DNA of 64,000 nucleotides. It comes from Antedon mediterranea. Lineage: Eukaryota; Animalia; Echinodermata. The DNA is taken from NCBI RefSeq assembly GCF_964355755.1, contig NC_092673.1:8990001-9054000 (forward strand). The letters are read 5' to 3'. Positions 50,601 to 63,985 of this stretch are shown in pieces. A program made the position numbers and the translations under genes. Position 1 is the stretch's first letter. Each line of letters begins with the position of its first letter. The notes under the pieces were generated by a model. The model worked only from the letters and a program-made list of their open reading frames with translations, was not told the DNA's origin and made no database searches.

Positions 50601-51975
50601 GGTCTCGTCTAGTTCGATTTGATGGTATCCGTTCTTTAGATCGAGTTTGGAAAATATCGTAGCGCCGTTTAGACTGGCAAGGATATCATCTATCGTCGGA
50701 GTGATGTGACGCTCTCGCAGGATTGCCTTGTTTGGTGCTTGCATGTTTACATAAAGCCTGATTTCGTTTGGGCTTTTGTGTTTCTTTCTGACTGTAATGG
50801 GTGAAATCCATGGTGTAGGTTTATCAACTACTCTCTCTATGACATCCAAGCTTTGAAGTCGTTGAGCTCCGCCTCAACTTTCTTCCGAACTTGAAAGGGT
50901 ATTCTTCTGTGTGGTTGGGTTATTGGCTGAATTTCATTGTTGACATGTAGCTTGCATTTCACATTGGCGATTTGTCGAATCGGTCGCTATAGCTTCCTAT
51001 GAGTTGTTCGATTGTTTCGTCTGTTGTGTTTGTTTCACGCTACGTGTATGTCAATCAGGTTTAGTTTTCTTGCACTTGTGAAACACTAATGATTCGTTTA
51101 CTACTACGTAGAAAGTGATTGGCGATTGTTGTAGTTTATTTCAACATGTATTATCCCCAACACGGGGAGCTCTTTTTTGGCACCATAGGCAAATATTTTT
51201 GTGTTTGTGCATTCTAGCTGGGGTTTATTGTTAGGTGATTGTATTTGTTTTCGCTTAAGACGTTTACAGACGCACCAGTGTCTATTAGTATGGTTATCAA
51301 GTCATTGTTGATCTGTAGTTTTACATGTGGTTTGCAAAATGGTTTTTTTTTCTACAATAATTGCAAGTGGCTCTGAATGCTGGGTGGGGATATTCCCCTC
51401 CGCAATTCTAGCATTTCGTTTTTATGTCGGAATATCGTGATTTGGATGTTGGAGTTTGGTGGCGTGTGTTTGTGGAGGAGTCGCCTGGTTTTCTGCGGAT
51501 AGCTTTTGTGTATTGTTCCTCCTCTACTTCTACTTCAATATCAGCGATTTTGTCAAGCTGTGCCATTGCTACGTTGTCGGCCCGTACAATGGTTAGCGCC
51601 TTGTCTAGTGTAAGGCCATCAGTGAGTTTTTTGTTGTTTATGCCGATCGCGTATTAAGCTTTGCTTGAGATCACCAAATTCACAAGTGTCCGCCAGGTTG
51701 TGTAGTGCGGTAACAAATTAATCGATAGTTTCTCCCTGCTTCTGGGATCTGCTATTAAACAAATATCATTCATATGTGATGTTTTTCCGGCCCTCCCAAT
51801 AATTGAAAGTAGGGTAGCAACTCGCTGTGGGTTGCTTTTTTTAGATACCCCAGTGGCCAGCTCAAAATTATCGAATCGTTTTCAGAAATTTCAAAATTTT
51901 TTCCAGGCTTCGCTTAGGTTGCCTGTCAACATGTTCAGCGGTGGTGGCGCTGGGATCATGAATGGCGTCGCCATC
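47669..51975 (-). mobile_element. Ty3/Gypsy element D (gag-PR-RT-RH-IN-3' LTR), 5' LTR lost
   Basis: Gag starts MATPFMIPAPPPL; protease LIDTGAS; RT FSKLDLKNGYHQ; RNase H RYSQTEREALA and TDHQPL; integrase VDF...IDDYSRFP and TDNG. PPT GAAGAGGGA precedes LTR 47669-47813 (TG...CA). Confidence 0.9.
49271..49930 (-). mobile_element. Insertion in Gypsy D RNase H: CR1/L2-type LINE 3' tail plus unidentified sequence
   Basis: 49271-49440 is near-identical to 22409-22568. The flanks rejoin as ASRSL|TTVEQRY. Confidence 0.7.
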
Positions 51976-52639
51976 TTGTTTTGGATTGATGTTAAAAACT
52001 TCTTAGCTTTCGTGATATTAGGTCCTAGGGGGTCTTAGTTTTTGTGATCTTAGGTTTTGTGACACCCGCTCTTGATGTTGTGAATCAGGTGGGTAATATA
52101 TTGCTCCCTAATAACGTATGGCAATCTCCTGGTTAATTTTGGATGAGTATAATTAGGACCCACGTAACCTTCAGTTCACATGCACTTCCTGTTTAAATGA
52201 TTTTAAATTATGACATACAAATATCTTAATTCCATTCCACCACCATGTTTGTTGTCACGATAGATGCTAAACAAATTAAATGTATCAATGTTGTATTGCT
52301 CTATACAGTACTGCAGTATTTTTGGTAACCCACAGCGATATCAGCTTCTTCTAGCTATATTTCAAAAGAATTTACCGTCTTTCTCTACCTTATCATTCAT
52401 TCCCTTGAGAATCGTGTATTAGTTTGACCCACCTTCGTTTTAATGGCATGCCACAAAAAAGTAAAGTTGTTTTTCTTCTCCATCTTTTAGAGGACCAGCA
52501 TTGACCAGCTTGTGTCTATCACCATATTTCTCGTCCACACTTGCTCATAGTTGTCTTCAGTTGCTTTAATGAATGAATTTTTTAGATTATATTTGTTTAA
52601 AGGAATGCTTTCCATTCTATATTCAAATTTTCTAAATTA

Positions 52640-52810
52640 TTGCCGATATGTGATATGTTATATAGTTTTCGGCTGTTTTACTTTATCATTTTGACTTAGC
52701 TTTTTACTTATTTTATTTTGTATCTCCATTGAGATCCATTCACCTACAGCATTTTCATTTTTGTTTAGTAATTTACCTTTGGATTTATAATATATTTGAA
52801 AAAATACAAA
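52640..52810 (-). mobile_element. RTE/RTE-X-like LINE 3' fragment
   Basis: TGTATCTCCATTGAGATCCA...AGTAATTT.CCTTTGGATTTATA is shared with 23445-23520. Confidence 0.55.
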
Positions 52811-53834
52811 TGAATAATAATGGAATAGTGATTCACCCTCAAGCACATTATGTACATATTTATTGTAAATGCTTACATTTATTTATTTATTATTCTATCT
52901 TAAAATGTACTTTATGTTATCTGAAGTGGTTCAGCAAATAATAGATTGATTATAATTATTTTTTACATGTAATTACAGTTATTGTTTTTAATATCTATGT
53001 AAAACACATATGCAGTATGAACCATTGTAAATTAAATTACAATATACAGTATAGTATTAATTGATATGAATACCACTGCCTTAAAACCTCAATTAATATT
53101 TCACTAATAATAATATATTGAAATTTTGTAATAATACATTCCCTAACAAACGCATATTGATCTGGGCCTCTGTGGTTAAATAAAGTTTAATTGAATTAAA
53201 AAAGTACTTATTAGCTTGTTTTGTCATAAATAATATGTTAATGTCTTACTGTAAACTTCTCTATAAATAATTTTCTATTTTTTGTTTACATACAAAAAGC
53301 AAAAACAGTATTATTGTTATGTTACAACTGAGGGTACTTTTATTAACTATGTATAACATGGAGGAAAAAATAAATAAAATTGTAAAATGATTAGTAGATG
53401 GTAGATATTTACCATTTTGAAGGAACAATTTTTTTTTTCTTAAATGAGAAACATTATACATTGTCCTACTTACGATGAGAGCAAGACACCTTCAGATGAA
53501 ATAATATTACTTATTTTATGTAAATTTAATTTGTTTAAATGTAATTCATAAAATCAAAACTGTAAATACAATTACATACAAGGTTGGTAATAATAGAGAT
53601 ATTGGTCTTGTTTTGAAAAGAGGAATAAATTTAGGAATAGTGGTTTTAATCATTGAGTTTTATTATAAAATGATTGTGGATACGTTTTGAGGATGGACAA
53701 ATTTGTATTCATGAAGCAGGTGAAATCAATATATATTCTGTCTATACACGACAGGTTTAAATTAAACATAATACTCATCAGAATAAAATTCGTTATTTTA
53801 TCATTTTGCCTATTAAAAGTTAGCAGTTTACAGT

Positions 53835-54477
53835 AGGGACTTTACAATACAGGACGGGAAGCCACAGGATGTTACTCATGAATAATTTATGCCTGTGAGC
53901 TTTAACAAAGAGCGTAGCGTGAAATTCCGTAATTTAAATATCTGAGGACGATAAAGTTGGCATTTTTCCGATTACGACTAGAAATAAGGTACATAAACCT
54001 TAAATATACAGTTCAAATTAAACTTAAAAGTGGCATTTTTCAAAACTCTAAATAACATTTGATCTTCTAATTTAATTGTTTAACAAAATAATATTTTTAT
54101 TGGGCTAAAATGGCTGTGTTAAAAGCAATACATTTTGCGCAGCGTTTGAATGCAGGGCCCAAGCTATGAAGGCTAGGCATATGCTCTGTACCACCAAGAG
54201 ATTCATAAGGACCCCTGCGAGACAGGGGAGGGAGAACTGCTGTTCTAGCAAGGCCATACACCCAAATCACACCCACATGTAGTAACTACTGCCACAAGTA
54301 TCTTTGTAGGCCTCCTAGGCTAGCTCAGGCTAGTAATTGGTATGGTTGTCTCTCTGGTCAGTCGTCGTCTTCGCGCAAGGGTGCGTAACTAATAAAAATG
54401 TTTATGATTTTGGGCACGTCCTAGCGAACACATAACCTCCATGGTCCTCCCTAACCATCCTGATTCGTAAAGTCCGT
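53835..54477. mobile_element. MITE with imperfect TIRs (Harbinger/ISL2EU-like)
   Basis: AGGGACTTTACAATACAGGACGG versus the reverse complement of CCATCCTGATTCGTAAAGTCCGT. Confidence 0.5.
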
Positions 54478-54699
54478 ATACTAAACGTAAGATTGAAATC
54501 AAAATACGGTATTTCTAACATCTAATCACTCATTTTAAGGAGATCTATTAGCTTGTAATTTTACATTTGGATATTCTTTAATGTTATTTGAGAAGTAAAT
54601 TTTTACAGGCCCGAACACAACTACGTTTTGATTGTACTGCCACTACTACAGCGAAGAAAACAAGAGTAAGGCTATTATTTATCTTGACAACCACTATAA

Positions 54700-57600
54700 C
54701 AACAAGGCCTAGCTATCCTTTGTACGCACGCTTCATGCTCTATTAAGCACCCATTGTTCAAGAAAAACGTCTGTTGCTATGGAGACATCAACTCAGCCTA
54801 ACATACAACGGGTTAAACCAGTATTTGACATTCGGAAAAAGGAAGATGAATATCTGAAAGAAGAAGATATCTACTTTGCCTTGGAGCACAAAAAGTGAAA
54901 AACCTATGGAGAATATATATAACAATCATAATGAAAGAGGTAAAGTAATAACTGCAGGCCATAACATTAAAGGAAAGCAAGTACCCTGTCTACAGCTTGA
55001 ACCCATACATAAAATTTAATATAGATGAAAATTCTGTACCGACTCGTTAAAAAAAATAGGATGCAACATCATTGGAGAGATACAACTAGTAAAATTCCGA
55101 ATAAAAGGAAAATTATCCCGTTTTTTGAATTGGGGCCGGACAGTAATTGTAGAACATTTTAAAGGAAGCTTGCTGAGATTTCTTAAGATCAACAGCTTCA
55201 ATTCTAGGCTTTTCCACAGCAACCAAAAGATTTAAGTAACATGCTTTCAGTGTGGTCTTGTAGGGCACAAAATATTTGAGTGCCTTAAAAAGATGGAAAA
55301 TACATACATCTGCCACATATGCCGTAAACCTGGTCACATGTTAAAGCATCTATATAAAGTTACGTATTAAGGGAAAAATTCGTTAAACCGTGCGTTACTT
55401 CTAAAATGTTTACTGCAATACTAAATACTAAATGTTTACTTAATACTAAATCACTTATCTATGATTTCCAATGTGGGTTCCGAGCAAATTTTTCGACAGA
55501 TCTTTGTTTAATTCACCTAACTGACCATATTAAAAAGAATTGGGATAAAGGTAACTTAACAGGTATGATTGTCTTAGACCTACAAAAGGCTTTCGATACT
55601 GTAGACCATTAGATTTTACTAGGCAAAATGAGAGCATTAGGATTGTCCCAAACAGCAATAGTTTGGTTTCAATCATATTTAACAGATGTGGTACTCTTTC
55701 AATGTGGACAAAAATAACATGTGGGGTCCCTCAGGGTCAATGTTGGGCCCACTTTTGTTCTTAATGTATGTGAATGATATGGAATCTGCATTGAGTAGTA
55801 AACTGCTCCTTTATGCCGATGATTCTGCAATAGTTGTATCTGATAAAAAGTGTTGCCAATATACAAAATGTATTGTCAAAAAATTAAAATCTATTAATTT
55901 TTGGTTATTAGATAATAGATTGTCATTGCATCTAGGCAAAACGTATTCAATTCTATTTGGATCTAAACGTAAAGTCAGAAATCAACAAGAATTGAAAGTT
56001 ACATGTAATGATCATATAATCACAAACAAACCGACAGTAAGTTTTTAATAGGACTGGAACTCGATAACAATCTAACTGGAGATTATATAGGTAAACTCAA
56101 GGGTAACTTTTTTATACAGAAATAGAAAGTACTTAACTTTCAGAGATCTTTAAGTTACTAGCAAATAGTTTGGTGTTGTGCCTTTATGATTGTGGTATTC
56201 TGGATTAGAAAAAACATTAAAAGTTAAATTGCAAACTGCACAAAATAAGACGGTCAGATGTATTCTTGGTTTTGAACCAAGGGATCACGTTGGGGCTAAT
56301 GAATTAAACAAACTGAATTGGCTCCCAGTAGATTTAAGAGTTAAACAGATAAAACTTTGTCACATGTATTGTATTATTAATGGATTAAGCCCTACGTTTA
56401 TGAATGATGGTATTAGTAGAGCAAATGTAATTTACCAGTACAATACTAGATTTGCAACTCAATCAATTTATAGACCATATATAGGTAACCACTCCCAAAC
56501 AACCTTTGTTAACACGGCAATAACGTCATGGAATCACCTGCCAAAATTGATACAGTGTTCAGAAACCATCAATCAATTCAAAAGAAATATCAGGAAACAT
56601 CTCAAAGAGGTTATGCTTGAAAGATTATAATTTATATTTATATTGTTACTACATGTGTTATTGTTTATTGTAAATGTTTATTCTTTGTTTTTTTCATCCT
56701 TAAGTTTGACCTTTGGTTACTTTTTTTGTGTTACCCTGAATTCATTCTTTGTATTTTATATGTTGTGTTATTTTGTGAATTCGAATAAAGAGAAGAAGTA
56801 CTCGATGTAAGGGCAAAATTCGGTAAATCGCGCGTTACTTCTAGAATGTTTACTCGATGGTATATAAAGTTGGTTCGTACTTTAAGTACTGGTTTTAACC
56901 ACCTTATGTAACCCTGTTTACTAATTAAATTGAGTTAGATAATTAGTTATTGACAATTAAAACAAATTTAGGTTCAAAGATTTGCCCCAATCGATCGCGG
57001 TATACACTGTCTAATGGATGTCTATCTTGAAAAATACCCGCACACAATAATATATGGATGCTTTGCATTTTCCTATATGATGACCTGTTAGAAGTGAGAC
57101 GGCCGGCCGGGGCGGACCCCTCTGGGATTCAACCAGAGGTATTCAAGTAATAACTCAGAGAGGGCGCATGTCACAACAACATCACGTGACTATGCCATGA
57201 TCAGTGTCGGCAAATCAAGCTGACACCACTACCTTGAAAAAGTGCGATGCTAACGCACGAAACGTTGGTAAGTTCAACGTTTATCTTCACAAATATTTTG
57301 GGAAGGAGATGAATTTTTTCAATTTTTTCTATGAAATGTCGTTTTATAAACAAAACCTAATTTACAAACTTATATTTTCTCTAAAACCTTTTACTTATAA
57401 AATATCTGTATAATATCTAATTATAATTATCATATTTTATATTTGAATTTTTACGTTAATACAATTTGTTTTTATGTTGAGGACCCCTTCTGAAACAAGC
57501 TCTTGAGCTTAAAGTGTTATCCTCTGCTATTCCATATATTGTAACTTATTTTTCTTGTATTATTGTTAATGTACAAATTGTTTGATCTGTCTACTTTTTT

Positions 57601-57833
57601 ATATGGATGGCAATAAATATTAAAATATGACTAATACAATGATAAAATGTTTTACTTCTTTAACATATATGCATCCAACAATACAAAGAAAGGTCTCTTT
57701 TGAAAGAAAGATTTATTACCAATGACGAATTCATAATTATTGGAGGAGATATGAATTGTATCTTAGATAGAAAGTTGGATAAAAAAAATAGTGTGAATCT
57801 ATATGACAGTTCACCGTCTGCTTTAAAAAAAAT
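54700..57833 (+). mobile_element. Fragments of a second L1/Tx1 element (ORF1 54780-55345; APE 57620-57833)
   Basis: KIGCNIIGEIQLVKFRIKGKLSRFLN...CFQCGLVGH...CHICRKPGH is homologous to ORF 40823..41464. IIIGGDMNCILDRKLDKKNSVNLYDSSPSALKK is homologous to ~39440-39530. Confidence 0.8.
55420..56795 (+). mobile_element. CR1/L2-type LINE RT and 3' end fragment
   Basis: FQCGFR..FST...LDLQKAFDTVDH, GSMLGPLLFLMYVND and LYADDS, followed by an AT-rich 3' UTR with AATAAA. Confidence 0.85.
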
Positions 57834-60800
57834 GTAAGTAAGTAATATTTATTGCTTTCCAAGAACAGTACAAATTTATAAAACAGTATAATGTAAATGA
57901 AATAAAATGAGAAAACATTAAATATAATAATACAAGACTAAACTAGAAAATAAGCATGGAAAGCAGGGGATGGCCCTTTAAGCCCAGAGGCTTGTTTCCA
58001 AAGGAGTCCCCAACATGAAAAACAATATTACAATAATTATACAAAAATATAAATCTATTATTATTATATACAGTATTACAAATTAATTTTAATTACATGT
58101 TTGATTTATGCCGAATTCTGATAATCATTGTTATTATAAAAATATCTAATATAATATAATATATAATATATAATTTGCATATTTGTTAATAAAAAAAGAG
58201 TCCTTATTATTTAATATTTGTTATTTCTATTGGTAATTTGTTCCACAGTGTGATTGCATTAAAAAAAAGGTCTTACTAACAGTATATTTATTCATTGGAA
58301 CAATAAAATTACAATCTTTACCTCTAGTACCATGGTTATGATTTATCCTATTGAAATTATTTAACATAAAGTCTGGACAACTTTTTGTATATATTGTCTG
58401 TACGTGTTGTAGTGTCATTTGTTCGGCCCTGGTTTTAACATCTAATAAACCAAGAAAAGTATTATCGTCTTTGGTGATATGGTATCTATTATGTTTCCCT
58501 AAGATGAATCTAATTACTTTATTTTGTGTTCTTTGAAGTTTAGTACGGGAATCCGCGGTTGTACCCTAGTACCAGGATGATATAGCATAATTTATATGGC
58601 TTAGAGCCAGGGCTTCCATTACGAGTTTACGAATACAGCGATCAAAGTTATGACAATTCCTATACAAAATGTAATACGACCATTAACTTTCTTAATAATT
58701 GTTGCGACAATTAATTCACTATTAAGCCTATTGCTTAGTTCGACACCAAGGTATTTTATAGAGCTATTCAAAGAAATTGTATGGCCATTGTAAAGAATGC
58801 TAAAATTTGTGTATTTCTTGAGAGACATCCTGCAAACAACATTAATTCAGTTTTTCCCATGTGAAGTGATAAATTGTTGTCAATTATTCCATTTATTACT
58901 ATTTAAACTGATCCCTTGCAAGATTTTCGCTGATAATATCAGGATCATGATGAGAATTGACAATTTCACTATCGTCAGCATTGCATTAACAATGATGAGA
59001 CGGACATAGGCATATCATTGATGTAGATGACGAACAGGAGTGGTCCTAGGATGCTCCCTTGTGGCACTCCACATACAATTTCTGAAGGCTGTGAAACAGC
59101 CCCACCAATATTAACTGTTTGATGTCTACATTCCAGATATGATTTAAACCAGCTGACAGATTCGATTCCAATTTTTCTGAGTTTCTTACAAAGTAAGTCA
59201 TGACTAACGCAGTCAAAAGCTTTTTGGATGTCAATAAGTAAGATACCAGTAAATTTCCCTTTCGCTGTTTGACTTTTAATGAAGTCTGTCAAGTGAATTA
59301 AACAATGATCTGTAGAAAAGGACTGTCTGAAACCAGACTGAAAACGATATAAAAGTTTGTTCCCTTCCAAAAACTCATTTAATTGTGAGTGAACAATCTT
59401 TTCTACAATTTTTGACACCACCGACAGTATACTGACAGGCCTATATTTAGCAGTTTCAAGATTACTTTTTTTCTTGTAAATTGGTCGAACACGAGCCAAT
59501 TTCATCTCATTTAGAAAAGATTTCGTTTCAAATGAGAAATTGATAATCCGTGTTATGGGAGTTGCAATAATTTCAGACGCATCCCTTAAAAAACGTGCGG
59601 GTATGCCATCTAGACCTGTACTTTTATTTATACCGAGACCCAAGATCTGATCCTTTTTAACTATATCGTTGTTTACAGGTTGCAAGGAAAATACCGTCAG
59701 TACCGTCATAGTATTTTTTTACATTCTCAGAATTTACATTAAATTCGTATGACCTTTGCGGGAGCTTTCTTACCAGATCTGATGCTACGTTTATAAAAAA
59801 ACGAGTTAAAGTGACTGGCAATAATGTTTGGCTCACTACATAGTTTATCATTTATTTTAAGAGTAATCGAAGCAGTTTAATTTTGTTTATTTTGATACCC
59901 AAGATCTTTTATAACCTTCCATAACTTTTAGGGTTATGTTGATTTGTATTGATCTTGTCAATAAAATGAGTCTGCTTTGCTTCTTTTATATTTCTTTGTA
60001 CCTGATTTCTAAGTTTACAATATTCAGTACGATATAATAAATTACGAGTTCTTTTGAATTTTTAAAGATAAATATCCCTGGCCTTAATCATTTTGAGTAT
60101 GTCAGGTGTCATCCACGGCTGAGAAGAGTGTTTAATTCGGACTTCTTTTACAGGAGCAACTTTATCCAAAACATTTGTGAAATTTGCACAAAAGCCTTGC
60201 CACAAACAATCAACGGTTTCTGCCTTGTGAACATTGTCCCAATCAGTCTCTTGAAGAAGACGTATAAATTTTTCTCTATTATAGTTTTTAGTTGATCTAA
60301 TCTTCACCTTTTTATGCGTGTGGTGTTTTTGTCGCTGTGTGTGATGAGTGGCATATATAGGAAAGTGATCACTTAGGCCTATAGATAGCACTCCGAATTT
60401 GTTTAGTTTGTCCGAAAAGTTGGTGATAATATGATCAAGACAAGATTCGCAGGAATCACAGATACGTGTGGGTTCGCTCATAATTTGAGACATTCCGCTC
60501 ATGTGCAGAGTCTGTTGGAATTTGATATAGTTGCTATCCTTTTTCAAGCTACACATGTTTGTATCTCCGAAAATGTAGATCTCTGAGTTTCTCGGTAGTT
60601 GTTCCATAATGTCATCCATTCCATCAATAAATTCACCATGACGTTGTTTTGGTGGCCGATAACAGACTCCAACGATAATAGGCCTTGTTCTTGGGAGATG
60701 TACTTCAGACCATAGTGCCTCAATGTTGTTATTGTCACAGTCAGATCGCATAGTAATGGCCAGGGTATAGACTTGAAGTACAGACATACTCCACCACCTG

Positions 60801-61134
60801 CTCTGGCACGGTCTCGACGATATAGTTAGAAGTCTGGGATGTGTATTTCATTAGTGGTAATGGAACTGTCAAGGTGCGTTTCAGTGACAGGAATGACTGC
60901 GACTTTGGTTCCACCAACAAGTGTTCTAAGTTCAGATATTTTGGGTAGTAGAGACCGCGCATTAACATGAAGAAAATGCATGCCTTTTCCTTTCAGTACC
61001 TCAGCAGGATCAATGGAAATTTCTAGAACAATCAAAGCATTTAAGCTGTTGTCTGTTTTTTGCAATCTTTCTTTCACAAACATGACAAAGAATCGGAGAT
61101 GTATTCCAATTTGAATTGTTGTTATGATTCATGT
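57834..61134 (-). mobile_element. CR1/L2-type LINE (partial PHD - APE - RT), frameshifted; continues at 63996-64000
   Basis: APE HVNARSL, TETHL, CYRPP, GDTN, LDHI, SDH. RT YRPVSIL, DIQKAFD, GVPQGSILGPLLF. 3' stem-loop at ~57965-58012 and (TTAC)n tail. Confidence 0.9.
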
Positions 61135-61144
61135 CTGATTCTGG

Positions 61145-63985
61145 GGGTGTCACGAAAGCTCAGACCACGAAAGCTCAGACCCCTAAGACCTAAGATCACG
61201 AAAGCTAAGACCCAACACCTAAGATTACAAATATTTATCTTTCGCACCTGCCTTGTATTTTAACTCCCAACATTTATTCTGAATACCACACCTTAGAATT
61301 GGCACTTTCATGAAAAAGAATCACATAAAAAGTAACAAATACATTTTTAAATTGATGATTTTACAGACGTTTTTCTCCCACACAAAATGACTAGCCTACT
61401 ACAGTACAGTTGTAGGCCTACCCCATGTTCAATGTTTTTGTTTCTATGGAACGTCAAAAGAGCAAAAAATATATAGAGGGCTGAAAACTCTGTGGAGTCC
61501 ATCTACAGTGTGGATGGAACAATGTAAAATTAAAATTGTAATGATAACAGTATAATCATGCAAGTACGAAGAAATAAATACTGGCAAATAAATTTTAATT
61601 TAAAAATCATGATAAGTTTTTTTGTTTCGTTTTCTTTCTGTTTTTATACTTGTACTATTATTGTTGCTTTTTTGGCGCTCCATAGAAACAAAAACATTGA
61701 GCATGGGGGAGCTCGAGGAGTTACATTGTCATTACAGTATACAAAAAAACACATCTGTAAAATCATCAATTTAAAGGATTTATTTATTTGTTATTATGTG
61801 TTTCTCCTTCTGAAAGTACTTTATTTATTTATTTATTTATTTGGAATTACACCTTTAGATCGGTGGCACACCTAGCACAAAGGTGCATCCTTCACAATAT
61901 AAAATATAACAATTAACAGAAAAGTAATAAAAGGCAAAAGCAACTATCATATCCTACCCCCCCCCCCCCCCCCAATTTACATCGATATATACAGTAGATC
62001 ATTACTTTACACAATGAATACAAAACAAGATATAGTAAAAGTGTATAAAATAAAATAAAATCAGCTGATAAACACAGCTTATTACGAAAAACCCCCAACC
62101 CACTTTTATTTCAATTTACTTAATGTAGCAATGTAGATAACATAGTTATTGAGTCATGGAATTCAGTGAATCATTTCGAAATTGCCATGCTTGTTACTCA
62201 ATATCTGAGTATCCCAAAATATATTTAAGTTTGTCATTTTCAGGAGAAGTATAAAAAGTATCAAACATATCTTTGCTGCCATTTCTATACATATCCACAT
62301 ATAAATGAAATAATTCCTGATTACGTATATTATTTAAAGCTGGACAATTAAGGATGAAATGATGGATGTCTTCGTCCGAATTTGTACCGCACAATTTACA
62401 TTTTTTATTATTATCAATATTCCAATTTGCAGTTCTATCATTCAAAGGTAGAGTATTTGAACGAGCTTTAAATTTTAATGCAGCACCTTCAAAATTAATT
62501 TTATCAATTAAGTAATTTTCAAGTCCAGGTTTTGATTTTAATGTTTCATAGATGTGGAGACTTGATTTATTTTGTAATTCAATTCTCCATTCATCTATCA
62601 TTATATAGTTAAGTTTTCTTAAGATTTCAGAAATTGGAAAGTAGACTTCTTTATAATTTGAGAGAGTGGTGAAAATATTTTTGGATTCACAATTACACTT
62701 CAAGAGAATATCGTTTATACAAGATAGAAACTTATACCTTAAGTCTTTAAATTCACAATTAAGTTGTAGCATTCCAATAAACATAATTTTTGGCCATCGA
62801 TAGTTTTCCATCTTTATAATTCTATGGAAGTATTTCATACGAAGAGCGTTATGAATCTCGTTAATTGGAGACCAACCAAGCTCTCCATATAAGGCGGCAC
62901 AAGGTGTATTTTGAGGTGCTTTTAAGATATAACGTGCCATTTGGAGCTGGAGACGCTCTAGTTTATCTATATCTATTCTACTTAAAGAGCACCATACTGA
63001 ACAACCATAGTTGATAGATGGGAGAACTATCGATCTCCACAGAGTATCTCCATAATATACTCTGTTAAAGTTATCAAAGCTACTGATAATTGATTTAACG
63101 TACGCTATTAATCTTTGACCTTTTTTTATAACATTCTCAATTTGTATATGGTCATTTAATTTACGAGAAATATGTACACCGAGATATTTATATGATTCAG
63201 TTTCAGATATAAAGCCATTACCTAATTTCCATTGTCTTACTTTATCAACACGTTTACCAGTTATCAGTATATTTGACTTTTCAAAATTAAAGCATAATTT
63301 CCATTCCTTAGCAAAATTTCCTGCAAGGTCTAACATTCTTTTCATTTCCAGTTCATTGTTAGCTAATAATACAATATCATCAGCCCAAAAAAGGCTACCC
63401 ATCCATGTATCATTTATTCTAATACCTATATCCTTGGATCTTAACATTTTGGTAAACTCATTTATGTAGATGCTAAATAAAACAGGTGATAAAACGCACC
63501 CTTGCTTTACTCCTTGATCAATGTCAAAAATATCTGTATCAATTATACCAGAGGAGACTTTACCTTTAACATTACTTATAAGTCCTAATTTTAAAGTGTG
63601 GTGTTCAGGATAAAGTTAGTCAACAAATTTGGAATCAAAATACAAGAAAGGCAGGTGCGTAAGAAAAACATCTTCTGAACCAACACAATGGAGTAAATAT
63701 ATACCAACAAACAACCCGTCAAGTTTGTTTGTTGTAAAGAAAAAATATACATTTACTCAACGGGCGAAAATAATGTGAGTTTATCTATGTTTTGCGGTAG
63801 TATTAAATTATATTTATGGTAATAAATGAAACCTACTGTGTTTAAAATTATGTATGGATAAACAAGTATTGTTTTTAAGCTGTAGTATATCTTAGTATTT
63901 GTAATCTTAGGTGTTGGGTCTTAGCTTTCGTGATCTTAGGTCTTAGGGGGTCTGAGCTTTCGTGGTCTGAGCTTTCGTGACACCC
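61145..63985. mobile_element. MULE-like foldback element, copy 2, with 10-bp TSD
   Basis: Near-perfect ~85-bp TIR GGGTGTCACGAAAGCTCAGACCACGAAAGCTCAGACCCCTAAGACC.... TSD CTGATTCTGG at 61135-61144 and 63986-63995. Confidence 0.9.
61820..63575 (-). mobile_element. 5'-truncated RTE/RTE-X-like LINE (RT C-terminal half + CCHC finger) inside MULE-like copy 2
   Basis: GVKQGCVLSP, then ORF 62194..63447 with SLFWADDIVLLA, YKYLG and CKLCG...EDIHHFILNCP. (TAAA)n tail at 61820-61842. Confidence 0.85.

Larger units (their letters stand above)
45807..52067. mobile_element. MULE-like foldback element, copy 1, containing nested insertions
   Basis: Termini GGGTGTCACGAAA... and ...TTTTGTGACACCC with CTAAGA subrepeats. 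Internal arms 45900-45965 and 47547-47622 match copy 2. No matching TSD was seen. Confidence 0.7.

Noticed and set aside
45797-52077. Target-site duplication for MULE-like copy 1
   Set aside because: The flanks GACATCTGAA and GCTCTTGATG do not match, so mobilisation of the whole 6.3 kb as one unit is unsupported.
62194-63447. Domesticated RT gene
   Set aside because: 5'-truncated within the RT domain, with a (TAAA)n tail and no evident promoter or exon structure. Best explained as a young LINE fragment.
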